NCBI GenBank assembly: GCA_030264375.1
Contig: JASCQW010000099.1
Coordinates: forward strand, 45,643,514-45,707,513
Direction: 5' to 3'
DNA: 64,000 nt
Source: Carcharhinus longimanus
Lineage: Eukaryota
The position numbers were made by a program, and so were the translations under genes. Below the pieces are notes generated by a model, which did not search any database, was not told the DNA's origin, and worked only from the letters and a program-made list of their open reading frames with translations. Of the stretch, positions 38,061 through 51,345 are shown piece by piece. Every line of letters starts with the position of its first letter. Position 1 is the stretch's first letter.

Positions 38061-39099
38061 CAATGAGAGTCCATGACCATGCTCCTTTCCCCAGTTTGAA
38101 TTACTGACTTCTGAAGACAGATAAAATTGGAGAAGAGTAATGTCGACGGTGAACTATTCTGACAGAAATTGATTCCTCCACTCCCTCACATTCCATGCCC
38201 TGCCAATGATTTAAAACTTGAGTGAATAAGATGTTCCTTTTCTTTGACTGCAAGACTTGGAGCTTGCTTGTTTGAGCAAATTGCAAATCCTTTCTTTGAC
38301 TGAGAGCAGCCAGCACACCTATAAATATAACTATAGCAACAGCAAAGAATACTGTCACATGTAATCTCCTACACTGCCTTGAAGCAAGTTACAGTTGCTA
38401 ACAGGTTCTGTATTAATTCAAAAGTAAATTGTTATATAACACATAAAAATGTGATAAAATGAGCTATCATGTGCAATGGCGTCAAGTGGACCTGATAGTT
38501 GGGAGAATAGATTCACATAATTTGCACACTAAAGTACAAACCCCAAATGACTGAAGCAGAAGAGGGGGGAGGGAGTTGAGTCATCCCATTGTACAGAATA
38601 ATCAAAGTATGGGTCAATTCATCATAAAACAGTGCTTAATGCTAATTGAGCTATGTAAAATTCATTAGGAACTGTGTAAATTAAAATGATCAAATTGCAT
38701 AAGGCCACACCACCCAAAGTTGAAAATAAATGACAAGACTGCACAAAATTAGATATAACGTCATTTGGCTTTTCAAGTTTTAGCCAACATTGGAATTACT
38801 TCTAAGTTCTTAAATAGAATTTATGGATGAATTTCTATCAAGAACAGAGTAGTCGCTGCCAATGATTCCTCTTGTTCTTTACAGCTAAAAGAATGAAGAT
38901 GCACAAGCTCGTGGTTAAAACAATGAAAATATGTGTGTCTGGTGTATTGGTCTTTATAGCTTGAGCAATAATGCTGCATAGCACTAAATAGTGTTAAATC
39001 CAGAAGCTGACTGCTCTCAACTTATATGTCAGGATATGAGACATTATTAAATAAAACTGTACTGCAACAAAACCCAATATTCACTGAGAATTTGTCAGC

Positions 39100-39570
39100 A
39101 TTTTTTTAACTTGTTCTTGGAATTTGAGCATTGCCGACAAAGCCAGCATTGTTACTCTTAAGGAACCTTCAGAAGATGGCGGAGAGGTGTCTTCTTAAAC
39201 CACTGCCGCCCATCTGCCTGGGTACAGAGTGCTGTTAGGAAAAGTGTTCCAGGGTTTTAACCTAGTAATAATGAAGGAACAACAATATTATTCCAAGTCT
39301 GGCTGTGTGGCTTGGAGAGAATTTGTAGGTGGTGGTGTCTGCATGTGTCCTGGATCTCACGGGGTCAGACTGGAGGGGAGGTTTGGGAGGTCGCCAGAGG
39401 TGTGATGTTGGCAAGAAGTGACATGTCATGACAGGGAGTGGTGAGGAGAACACAGTGGGTGAGAGTTCAGAGGAATGGGCACAGGATATCCTACTTGTCC
39501 TATTATGTGGTATAGATCACAGTTTTGGAAGGTGTTGTCAAAGAAGTCTTGACAAGTCACTGCATCTGAT
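39100..39570 (-). mobile_element. CR1-clade LINE 3' end interrupted by a ~140-bp inverted insert
   Basis: Colinear with 21250-21590 except for the block 39347-39491. Confidence 0.7.
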
Positions 39571-40458
39571 AGAGGCTGTTGTTATGTGTTGAATGATGTA
39601 ATTTAGCACTGTGTGTGCTCATATGGATAAATTACATGGTTTCCCACTTCTTTTCAAAAAGGACTGTCTTTTAATTTTTTTCATGTTTTACTGACTGTAA
39701 TTTCAACAATAGAGCACAAGTAGCAAATCTTTGTGAGTATGCATTCTTGGCAAGATGGCAACTGGCTGTTTTTCCCTTAAACTACATTTACAAATCAAAG
39801 AACAAAGAACAACACAGCACGGGAAACAGGCCCTTCAGCCCAACGAGCCCGCACCGCCATCTTAACAATGTGTTTTTCCTCCTCCACCCTTGACCCATGT
39901 CTATGCTTATGGTANNNNNNNNNNNNNNNNNNNNNNNNNNNNNNNNNNNNNNNNNNNNNNNNNNNNNNNNNNNNNNNNNNNNNNNNNNNNNNNNNNNNNN
40001 NNNNNNNNNNNNNNGGGGGGGGGTGTGGGGAGTGGTGCATGATAGGTGGGTAGGGTTGTAAGATGGGAACCATGCCAGCGAAAACGTGCCCACAGTCTAA
40101 TCAGCCTTCCCACCAACCAGCAGGTAATTTTATGCAGGTAGGAGTGTTGGATGGCCTGCTTGCCTGTGGGCCAATTGAGGCCATTAATTGGTCAACTAAT
40201 AGTCACTTAAGTCCGACCTCCTACCACTACTAGGATTTTACCCACAGCAGGCACACTAAAGGCCGCCCAGAAAGATCTATCAGCCTGTTGAATGGATCGG
40301 GGCGGTGCCTCCTGGTTGGGTACCCTGTGCCCATTCCTTTGAACTCTCACTCACTGTGTTCTCACCACTCCCCATCATGACATGTCACTTCTTGCCAACA
40401 TCACACCCCTGGCACCTCCCAAACCTCCCCACCTGTCTGACCCAGTGAGATCCTGGAC
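39347..40458. repeat. ~140-bp inverted repeat pair (39347-39491 and 40318-40458)
   Basis: ggtgtgatgttggcaagaagtgacatgtcatga is the exact reverse complement of tcatgacatgtcacttcttgccaacatcacacc, and the flanks also align. Confidence 0.9.
39798..39914 (-). mobile_element. CR1 3' tail running into an N-gap
   Basis: aagaacaaagaacaacacagcacgggaaacaggcccttcagccc. Confidence 0.75.
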
Positions 40459-40680
40459 TCGTCTCACAGTCTGGGCTGCATCACAGAACATCTTCCTTGG
40501 GGACTGTTGTAGTCCCAGCCGTGGCCACTGCTTCTAGTGATGCTGCTGGGACCAACTATTTAATTGGCAACTCTTTTAGACAGACTTCCTCTTAGAATGG
40601 GAAAGAAAGCTCAGCTCAAATCAATTGAAGATCCAATGGTCATTACATGTTTGTGGGATGAGCCAGCCAGTTTGTCCTTT
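40014..40680. mobile_element. Harbinger-like non-autonomous element relic
   Basis: ccaattgaggccattaattggtcaactaat and gtggccactgc...gctgctgggac motifs are shared with 14751-15780 and about 22880-22920. Confidence 0.5.
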
Positions 40681-41039
40681 TGTTCAGGCATTTGCTGTAT
40701 TTGTTTTCTTTTGATCAACTTTTATATTTTTGTGTTTCATTGTCTCAGCAAGTATATTAACAGCCTGTGTTTTAAGGGTACAGTGTGATATTAAATTCCA
40801 TCTATGTATGTGTTTAATGTGAGATATTGCTGTTTCTCATGAACCACATTAAACTGTACTAAATGTGAGACAAATCCAATTTTGTAAATATCTTAGTTCC
40901 CACAAACTCTACATACAAATCTTGAGAGCTTGATAATGGATACTGCTCATTATACACTACCTGGTTGACTTTGAATGTCTGACTTGGGAACTGCTATAAA
41001 TAGGATTGCCTGATCACTGTTGTCAATTTTTCCACCTGC

Positions 41040-41450
41040 CATTTTTGGAACATCTGCAGAGTGTCCACGATGCCAAGAAAATCCAAATCCAAGGAGGCCA
41101 GCTCCCGTGTTTAATGACCTCATTGAACACTGTGCATGTTCAAAACATATGAATACACAACAACAGCTTTTACAAATATTGAGTTCAACAATTTCAGACC
41201 ATAACCTCGGCTTCTTTCTTTACTTTTAAGTGGTGGCTGCTCATCATTCTGCTATTCAGACCTCCTCTAGTAATATTTATTGCTTCCATACTTGCCTGTT
41301 CCCTTTGGTTTCACCAACTTTTGTGTCACTTAATATCTTCTGTCTTTCATACTACCCCAGATCTTCTCTTTATATATTTATTTTCATTCCACCCTCCCTA
41401 CTTTCAGTTACTGCTTCAGATGAAAATCTTTAATCAGAAAAGTTGACTCT
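41040..41450 (+). mobile_element. Penelope-like element relic (GIY-YIG C-terminus and terminal region), continuing at about 42280-42330 after a MITE insertion
   Basis: aatattgagttcaacaatttcaga encodes NIEFNNFR, typical of the Penelope ORF end. The tail tatttccagcatttttgcttttatt resembles 27480-27510. Confidence 0.45.
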
Positions 41451-41452
41451 TT

Positions 41453-42277
41453 GGGTCGTATTTTACCACTTTAATTCTAAGTGCTGGGCAGACTTGAAAC
41501 TGGGGGTGTTTTAGATCTGACTTTTAGACCCATTCTCAGATGCTCCTATATGCACTCTGCCTGAAAAACAAATCAACAATTCTGAATCAGGCTGCAGAAG
41601 CCTGTGAGTGGGGCTTAATGTGCCCAAAATCCTGCAGCTCCAATTGTTGCCTCCAACTGTGCATGTACAGAAAAAAAGAATTTAAGAATATGGCTCCCCT
41701 GCCACATCACTCCCGGGTTGGTTAATGCCTTCACCGGCCCCCACAGACATTGCCCCACCCCTACACCATTACTGATCCTATTACCACCTCCCTCAGCCAC
41801 TCAGGCCAATTGCAGGCCCTAACACCCCTCCCCTCCCACATTAATCTCAAGCAGAGTCGCCGCCGNNNNNNNNNNNNNNNNNNNNNNNNNNNNNNNNNNN
41901 NNNNNNNNNNNNNNNNNNNNNNNNNNNTTACTAATCACAGGCAAATTGGCAGTGGATCCCCCCACTGATCTCAAGCAGAGAGTTGTCGGACACTCGGCAC
42001 TTACCTTGTCACTAACTGGAGCGCCCAAATCAGACTTTTGTAGAGTGCATCGAAACTGGATCGGCAAATGCGGTGATAAAGGAGGAAGTGCCAGTAAGGT
42101 TGGGCATGCAGCTCATTAAGTCAATTTAAATACATACAAATCGCCCTGATCGCAGCCATTTTTGGGCCTTGGTAAAGGGGAAACAATGGCAGGTGCGGAT
42201 CGCGCTACTCAACTCACACCTGACTTTGCCAAGTTATTGTGCCTGGAAGTGGGCAGAACTTCATGGTAAAATTGGGC
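41453..42277. mobile_element. Harbinger-like MITE with imperfect TIRs
   Basis: 5' gggtcgtattttacca and 3' tggtaaaattgggcc; CpG-richer; homolog at 28852-29330. Confidence 0.75.
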
Positions 42278-42944
42278 CTTTTATCTCGGCCTCGCCAGCT
42301 GCATATTTCCAGCATTTTTGCTTTTATTATAACACTCTTGATTATGGGATGGAAATGTACTGCCTAAATGATCCTTGTGGGATAGGGAAAAGTGTACCTG
42401 AGAGTGTCTGAAACAGCCATTGCTATATAAATTCATCAATATTGTGGGCAACTTGCTTCAAAGGAGTCTGAAAATAGCTTTCCTCAATTCTGTTGTTCAT
42501 AGATAAACTGCAAGCTGCTGCAATATGTGTGAGCACTAATAGGAAGGAAACTGGTTATATCTTTTTCAATGGTGAAGGCAGTAGACAAGTACATTTTTTT
42601 CTCATCTTTTTGAAAGCATTGATAGTATCTTCACCTTCAAGAAGGACTTTTTGCCAATATTTCGTGTTTGTAGTCGAACGTCTTCAGATTTTTTACAAGG
42701 TGCTCATTGGAAATCATTTTGGCCCAGATCTTCCAGTCAGTGTCAATGCCGTCAGCTTGGTCACTGCCTGCAAATATTCCTGCCATCCAACATATTGTGT
42801 TACTTCAGCTGGCTTCCGATCCTGGCTAAAGCAACAGCGGGTCAGCACAGACATCCAATGATCTGCGAAGACAGGAAATACACCCTTCTCACAACATTAG
42901 CTGCTGTATTCAGATAAATTTTTAATTGGCTCAACTATTTCGTT

Positions 42945-43110
42945 GGGTGAGTAAGTGCATGAGTGTGTACCTGGGTGGGTGGGTGGCTGAGTGAGTACCT
43001 GGGTGGGTGGGTGGCTGAGTGAGTGAGTTAATGGATGAGTGGGTTAGTGAGTGAGTGGGTGACTAACTGATTGAATGGGTAGGTGGATGAGTGGGTGAAT
43101 TGGTGAGCGG
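42945..43110 (+). repeat. (TGAG/TGGG)n low-complexity tract with a 28-bp tandem duplication
   Basis: gtacctgggtgggtgggtggctgagtga occurs twice at 42967-43022. Confidence 0.85.
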
Positions 43111-43469
43111 TCAAGTGAGGGTGTTGGTCGTTGGAGAGAGAGTTGGGTCAGATTGTGCAGGCGAGGGAGGGTAGTTGGATCATATTGTTGGGGTAGTTGG
43201 GTGCGATGTAGTCATATTGGGAGGGAGTAGCTGTTAGCTATCATGCTTTGATCAATTATAATTACTAATCACACAGATAGATCTGTTATTAACTGGCATA
43301 ACATTTCCAGGATAAATATGGAGTTAAGTCCCATGTATTGGGCCTAAATTTCTAACACTAAACTCAGTGTTAATGACTTTCATGCAGGTTCAAGGTAGTG
43401 GGTCCAGATCAGTGGAAATCAGTCCATCAGAAGCTTAAACTTCCTGGGTAATTTTAATGCATGTGTGTT

Positions 43470-43755
43470 ATCAGAAAAGTGACTTGGTGAGTTGCTGCAG
43501 TAATCTTGTAGATGGTACACATTACTGCCTCTTTGTGTCCGTGATGGAGGGATTGATTGAATGTTGAATGAGGTGCTAATCAAATATGGTACTTTGTCTT
43601 GGATGGTATCAAGCTTCTTGGGTTTTGTTGGAGTTGAATTCATCCAAACTCGTGAAGAATATTCTGTCATATTCCTGACTTGTGTTTTGATGGTGGACAG
43701 GCTTTGGCTGGCTCAGTTCAATTTCTGGTCAGTGGTAACCACAGGATGTTGATTT
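43470..43755 (-). mobile_element. CR1-clade LINE internal fragment
   Basis: The minus strand gives EYSSRVWMNSTPTKPKKLDTIQDK; homologous to 21560-21900. Confidence 0.75.
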
Positions 43756-43764
43756 AGTAGTAGA

Positions 43765-44040
43765 ATCATAGAAACCGACAGTGCAAAAGGAGGCCATTCG
43801 GCCCACTTAGTCTGCACGGATCATATTGCCACTCAGGACCTATCCCCATGGATTTACCATAGCTAGTCCCCTTAACACATCTTTGGAGTGTGGGAGGAAA
43901 CTGGAGCATCCGGAGGAAACCAAACAGACACAGAGAGAATGTGCAAACTCCAAAAAGACAGTCACCCAAGCTGGGAATCGAACCCGGATCGATTCCTGAC
44001 ACTAGCGCTGTGAGGCAGCAGTGCTAAACACTATGCCACC
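43765..44040 (-). mobile_element. HE1/V-SINE with CR1(HER1)-type tail
   Basis: Reverse complement of the head ggtggcatagtgtttagcactgctgcctcacagcgc..., a V domain, and tail aatcatagaaaccgacagtgcaaaaggaggccattcggccc. Confidence 0.88.
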
Positions 44041-46348
44041 CATGTTCGTAGATGATCAGGTTCACAATGTAGATCATGTGTGCGGTGTGTCACATGCAGC
44101 AGGGATAATGACTATTGTCAGTTGCAATGAAACAGACTAGTTTTGATTTCTTTTTCCATTTGGTGTTTTAAGGAGGAAGTGGTCACAGGTGATAAAGCCA
44201 TAATTACCCAGTGAGCCTTGTATTGACATATTAACCACAAGATCAGTATATTGTTCACCAGGTTGGTCAACTCATCACCCTACCTATGAAATGTTTGGTT
44301 CAACATGCTCAATCGCTTGGCCTTCTCCATATTACTGGGATCTTCAGTGTAAATGATAGTTTGTCCTTCTGTTGACAGATATCACCTGTATGAATAGGCT
44401 GGGGTTCTACGCTATCACCATTCAACTTGTTTGTGACTATTGCCGGAGTATCATGCAGGTAAATGCATGATTTCCTGGCAAACCAATGTTTTATTTTATT
44501 TGGAAAACAACATATTTATTATTTTCAGACATCTAGCAAAAGGTGAACAGTAATGTTTTTAGGTGAACAGCAATGCATATTGTCATTGGTGTTTATAGAC
44601 GTTCTATACCATTCAGGTGAAGTGCAATTAAGTTCATGTCTCCACTGAAGCTATCATTGGAAAGCATGCTGAGGCTACCTGGACAAACCAGAGAACATTC
44701 TGTTTTTGCAACTTACCACATTGTGCAGAATCATTATCTGTGTCATTCAGTGTCACAACTGATAAAGTTGGAGCTTGGATAATTAGTAGTAAGTAAAGAA
44801 AAATGGGGGAGAGTAACTGAGTAGCCAAAAGATTGAGTAGCCCTGGCCAGCTTGCCTGCTTTGAGCTGATCATGATATTTAGAAATCATTATTTAATGAA
44901 CCATTCTCACAGAAGGATACAACCACCATTTCCCTTCACTGCGTGAATTTCTACTTCTATCTCAGTAATAACAGTATGGGAAAGCACTTAAGGCAGATGA
45001 ATAGGTGAAAGTGACTCCTAACATACAATGATACCGGCCAAATTCTTTATTCTTCCACATTCACCCATGTCCTGGAATTTAGTGGTTGTTCTCATCTCTT
45101 GTTCCTCTGTGTATACAGATCTTTCCAAACAAATGTGGACTTCTTCTCAGAATTGACCCTGTGGCAGGAACCAGTGAGTTGGCTGTCAGTTGCATATCAG
45201 TGGAAGATTTTGGAGGTCATGGTGACTCTTGAACTCATTCTGTTATAACTCCCAAATATTTCCATTTGAGTCAGTATGTGTATGGCCAACGTCAGGTTCC
45301 CCAATTACGAAGTGCACTGTCCATCTGTTTTCTGTTCTAAAAATGAACCCAAACCAACCTCTACTCCATCCTTATTGATCTTTCTTCCCAGTTGAAAGGA
45401 GAAATCTGAGTTAAGCTTTAATGTAGTTGTGCAACTACAGGTGCAACGTGGAATGAGATATTTAATATACCACTCTATACCTTGTTCCATTGAACCCATG
45501 TGTTTCAGATTGAGTGCTACTGACTTTTTGAACCTGAAAGCTGTGATTGGCAGTCAGTGGGGTTTTCAGTTGCCAGTCAGATTAGGAAAGGCTGCATCTG
45601 CAATTTGAAAATCAAATTCCCTGATGAAGTCCCTGGGAAAGAGGGAGGGAAGGGGGATAAAGTAACCTTCTTGCCTCCAATTCAAAGCCCCATTAAGCTC
45701 CTTGAGGAGCTTGTTAACACTGGGCAGAGCAAGAACGCAATTTTCAAAGCTGGGATCACCAAATCCAAATAGTCTGGTGCATGTTAGTGCACAGTCATGA
45801 AATTCAAAATTGGCCAAAATCAAACGTTTAAAAAAAAATTGGGAGCTGGGAGAATTCTACGCTTGATTGTGTGCTTCAATTTGTATTTGGCCAATTCTGT
45901 GCTCAGTGAGGCTGTTGGCATTCTGATATGCTGCCTCCTGTGTTCTTCAAATAGCAGGAGCCTTGTTGTGGCCGCTGTGGTAACATTCAACACCATTAAT
46001 TGGACATCAAGCTTGCACCCAGCCCACCCATCAAGTTTCAGAACCCAATTTGAAAATTCAACTTGTTATCTTTAAATGAAGGGGTGTTTTTACATGCTGG
46101 TTCCATGAAAATAAAACAAAGATATTCCTTAATACAATCAGAGTGGACCATATAAGTAAACTTTGCCCATCATATCAGAATACATTATATTCATCTTAAA
46201 CTGATGATAAAAACTGATGAATATTAACTGAAGTGATGTAAATAATATNNNNNNNNNNNNNNNNNNNNNNNNNNNNNNNNNNNNNNNNNNNNNNNNNNNN
46301 NNNNNNNNNNNNNNNNNNNNNNNNNNNNNNNNNNNNNNNNNNNNNNNN

Positions 46349-46447
46349 GAATTCCAGAGATTCACCACCCTTTGAGTGAAGAAGTTCCTCCTCAACTCTG
46401 TTCTAAACCGCCTCCCCTTTATCTTGAGGCTGTGCCCCCTAGTCCTA
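46349..46447 (-). mobile_element. CR1 ORF2 C-terminal fragment beside an N-gap
   Basis: The minus strand gives RRNFFTQRVVNLWN. Confidence 0.85.
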
Positions 46448-48872
46448 CTGTACTTTCTGAGCAGTTATTGGGACCTTGAAAATTATAGTATCTAACAAAG
46501 AACACTTTATTCAAGTTACATACAAATACTCTGTGTTCTAATGATGCTGTCAGACACTGAAGTTTTAATGCAAATTGTCATTTTTCTCACCATCTTAGCT
46601 GTTTTTATTGGACTTAACTGTGACCAGCACAATATTCGTCATAGTGCAAACACAAAATTCCTAATTCATCCCATTATAGTCTCCCATTAATTGACAGAAT
46701 TGCTACTGTTTTCAGTTGATTGCATTCAGTTGACAAAATGGTGCTAAGTATGTTTGCCTACCATAAAAGCTGGTTAGTTTATTCATAATTGCATTTTATA
46801 GACATTATGATGAATTGTTCCTCTTATCTCTGATTTTACAGTACTCAACCCTGAAATGAGAGCTAAAGTTACTGCCAAGTATCCTAATTTGAGATTTTGT
46901 TCACAGGCAGGATTGTGAAACAGCATACATTTAAAGTTCAAAGATGTTTTAACCAAAATGTATGCAAACACAGTTTGTTTTTTTAAAGAGATAAAAAGTC
47001 ATTAAGATTCTAATGAATGGACATTGATGTTGTTTCCCCAAAGGCAATAAAAATTAGTTAGCTAATCTTAATAACCAATAAACACCTAAAATTCATTGCG
47101 TTGAGTGTATGATCCCACATGTTTGGTTGTCCAGCACAGCTGGATGTGAAAATAGCAAGATAAAATAGGGAAAGAAGCACATACTTGCAATTGAGAGCAT
47201 GTAGATTGATAGTTTGATGTTTTATTTGATCCAGACACAAATGACCCACTGATGTGGAAGAGCATACTGTGTATCTTATTTTACCAAGTCAGTTTTTACT
47301 GCTTGAATTGCATGAGCCTGGACTTAAAATGTTGCTGTTTAACTAAACTTGCTGCCTGCCAAATAAAACAATTTAATGTCTTATTTTGCCCAAATATCAC
47401 TTAACGGTTTGTCAACTTGAAAGATTGGAAAATCAAACGAAAAGCACATATCATCACTTAAGTGATTACACTGGGATCACATCCACTCACACTTTCCAGC
47501 ACTGATCCCATCAGAATTTGTTGGTTCAGTTGGAGGCCACCTCATTACAGTGGGACAGGAATAACCTCAGACACATCGCCAGTGTTTGTCTGCTCATGGG
47601 CAGGGGGAGAGCATAGTTATTTTGGTCTTCTTCCCCAATCCCAACCATCCTCTCAGGTCCTTTAGTAACAGGCTTATATGTTAAAATATGTCAGACAATC
47701 CAGCTGCCTCGGCCACTTTTCTAGTTTATGCTGCACAGTGGGGGATAGGGAAGTAGGTGAATCCTATACCTGCCTGTGGAGGCTAGCGAACCACACCTGA
47801 CTCAATGACTGATCAATGCTCTCTTTAAGCTGTTTGCAGGTGACGCTGCATGGCAATCTTAAAGTGAACGTGCAATACAACTAGCAGGTGGCAAATAGAA
47901 TTTAGGGGGAATGTTGATATTAATGCATTGAATACTGACTGAACCTGAAAAGCAGGATCTGCCAGAATAGGGGAACTATGCTTTTTGCTGTGCTTTTCCT
48001 TGCATAGAGTGCATAAATATTCCAATCTGTACACAGTAAAGTAAAAGAAATGGGGCTGGATCTTCCTGTTCTGATGTGGGCAAACCTGTGTTGGGCGGTC
48101 AGAAATTGAAATGTGTGGGTTGTGCCCTCAGAGCTCTTGTCCCCATTAGTATTGCCTTCTATTTTAATCAGCATGGGAAAGAAGCAGGCTGCGATCCTAC
48201 ACACAGCATTCATGCCCTGGCTGGCTCCAGTGAGGGGGTGGGCGATTTAAAGCACCCACTGTTTTCATAGAGTCAGGCTGGGTTCTGAAGGAAAATACAT
48301 TTGTAACAGCTCAGCGGTGTCGTAAACTATAGAGAAACCCTTGTATGGAGTTGGGAATCTTTTGACATGTTCGTTCAAAAAGTGTCATCAACTTCACAAT
48401 TTATTATGTACCATTTATGGTTGGCTAAATATGTTTTTGATTAGGGCTTGGTTCTTAAAAATTAAGCAACCATTAAATCCACCAACATTGCAAAAGGGAA
48501 AATATGCTCAGATGCATTAGAGTAAAGTGTCCAATGGATTAAGTGTTTTTCTGCATTGAATTCAGGTTTGACTGTGTCAGTTGTCCACCATAATTTCCTA
48601 CTTTATTGAATTACAGCTTAAAAATCTGTTCTCCTGCCCTTTAAGTATAAAGAGATGGCTGAAGTCTTTCAATGACTTTAAAAGTTCGAATGTATTCAAC
48701 TCGGCGCTGTGGAATCACGTTATGAATGCTTAGCTGAGGTTCAAGTCCCACTAATCGATTCAGTTCAGCAGGGTTAGTAACACAATCATTCAGTAGAATC
48801 TCATTATTTTTGCTTCGCTGAACTGCAAACCCCACGAAAGGAATTAGCTGAGCAGCTGTTATTGACACTAAA

Positions 48873-49002
48873 GCCAGAATTTTATCGCCCCAGCCACCAT
48901 GGGACTCAGAGTGGATGTGGGGCGGACAATGGAAAGGTCCATTGCCCACTGGGGGGGGTGCTTTTACAGTTTTGGAACAAGTGAGGCCATAAAGTCTCAC
49001 CC
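48873..49002. mobile_element. ~130-bp MITE (second copy at 55570-55695)
   Basis: Shared ccaccatggga-tcagag...acaatgg-aaggtccattg...ttttacagttt-ggacaag-gaggc-taaa. Confidence 0.7.
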
Positions 49003-51065
49003 TATGAGTTTGTTTATCTTGACAATTTTTTACTACTTAAGGGTATTATGTTTTTTGAAGTTGTTTTGAATGCTATTTATCTTGTCAGTTTCAAAACCAT
49101 CTCAAAGACTTCCTGATGTTACTAAAAAGCCCAATAGTTCATAGTGGATTCTGGATGGGTGAGTGTACATGTGGATGAAGGATGAGGGAGCGAGTAAGTG
49201 GGCTTTGGGAATGGAGGAGATATAAAGAGGTATGAGTGACAAAGGAAGTGAGGAAGTAAAGTGAGCATGGGGAGTGAGAGGTGGGTGAGTGGGGTGAGGG
49301 TAAAGAGTACGTGGCCTCAAAGCCATGTACTGAGAGGGGCATAGTCCTGTCAAACAGAGACAGAGCTTTTGACCTGACCACTTTGGCATCTGCCCACCTC
49401 TGTTTCCCCCTCTGCTCTGCTTTGGCAGGGAACAGCTCCTATTCCAGCCTGCCCCCAACTCTGAAAAAAACATGATGGGAACACATGGCCACTCAGGCCA
49501 AATCACAATGTCCTGATTCCTCCTTTAAAGGGGGAACTCAGTCCATGTCCTTATTGTTTATGGCATATTCTGCTGGTTCTGCACTGGCATTGTGGTAGAG
49601 ATCAGTGAAAAACCCAAGGAACCTTGCAGTGATGTTGTCAGCTGGGACATATTGTTGTGTCCCTTGCATTACATCATTATATAGATATATACTGGACAGT
49701 TGGATTTTTTTAATGTGCGAAACAACAGGAAATTTCTCCAAGTTCATGTTAATGGACACAAAAATTATTGGTTGCTGAGATCAGATGTGAGAACAGGCCA
49801 ATTGGTTAATGAAAGGAAGAAGAAATTAAATGTTGAAAGAAAACGGTATTCTTTAGTGTACTGAGAATGTGCCATCACATGCATGCATGCATTAATTGAT
49901 TTCAGAGTTGGAAAAAATGATCACTCTCTTGCTTCTCTTGTTTTTCATTTCAGTCTCACCAGCTTTTATCTTCCTCCAGCTTTTCGCTTCACTTTTTTGA
50001 GGTGAAGTACTGGAATGAATGGCATTTTGTGGTTTGAAACAGGACCACCAACAACTTTTAATGAATTGCCCAATGACGTAAATAACATTGTAAATATGAA
50101 CAGGACTGTTCATGGCCCAATCCCCCTCTCATCCTCGGGGAAATTTGTGGAGGGTGGAAATGGGGCAGCTCAGCAGCCATTTTATTTGCTGCACTGGTTC
50201 CGTGACCAACTGATTCAGGCTTTGAAAGTTCCATTCCAGAGGTCCCTTCACTGCAAATAAATTTTCCTTATCCCATCCATGTCTTAATATCCCTTCCCAT
50301 TTGTTATTTCAAACACCACCTAGGAATCCACAAGACTGCAGGGAAAATGGCACAGAAACAGCTTTTTTGGCCCTAACCAATCTCTAGAAGTGTTTATCCA
50401 CTCAAGTCCTCTTCCAGCTTTTCTGTTTGTTTTCTTTTAAAATGCAACTTAACAAAATAAATGAAATTAGAATAAGGAATAAAAACTTGACTGTTTATAT
50501 CATTCTCTACATTTTTTCTCTTAATCCCTTCTCTCTCCTAATCTTCTTTCAGTTGCTCTTCACACACTCTCAACCCCCTCAAATTTTGTTTTCCTCAAAT
50601 ATTTTGTTAGTTTTCAGATTCAATTTGATATCTAATTCAGATGAGGAAACAGGCAACAAGTCTTCCCCTCTCTATTTATATATTTCATTCCCTCCCTACA
50701 TCCGTTATAATTCAGGTCCTTTTGTTTCAAAGATGTAAAAAATTAGCAATGCCATTGGCGTTTTCCAACTGTTAACCAAACTCATGCCATAATTGGTTTG
50801 CTTTAAAATTCAACTGGTATTTTCTTTCAAAATTAACATTTTACATGATTCACAGGATTTAGAATGTAAGACTATATAGGCATTTACTGATGGAATCCTC
50901 AAAGGAATTACGGATATGTGTTTTAATGGTAATTTAAAATGTTGTGATCAATCTGAAAATCGTTCCAAATTTTTTAAAAATTGTTCACTAATGGTAAGAA
51001 TGTATAGGTAAACCAACGGTCTTATTTGGTACAAATCCTACAACAGTGTAATTCACGTACATGCA

Positions 51066-51345
51066 AACATATGTACAAATAGGAGCACGAGTATGCTACA
51101 CAGCCCTTCAAGCCTGTTCTGCCATTCAGTAGGATCAGGACTGACCTGTTTGTAACTTTAACTCCACATTTCTGCCAAATCCCCAATAACCTTTCAGCTC
51201 CTTACTAATCAAGAATCTATCTAGCTCTGCCTTTTGAAAAAGATTCAAAGGCTCTGCCTCTAGTGCCTTTGGAGGACGAGAGTTCCAGAAACTCATGGAC
51301 CTCTGAGGGAAAAAAAACCCTCCTCATCTCCATCTTAAATAATCT
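51066..51345 (-). mobile_element. CR1 3' end
   Basis: aaataggagcacgagtatgctacacagcccttcaagcctgttctgccattcagtaggatcagg is the reverse complement of the CR1 tail seen at 8735-8810. Confidence 0.8.
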
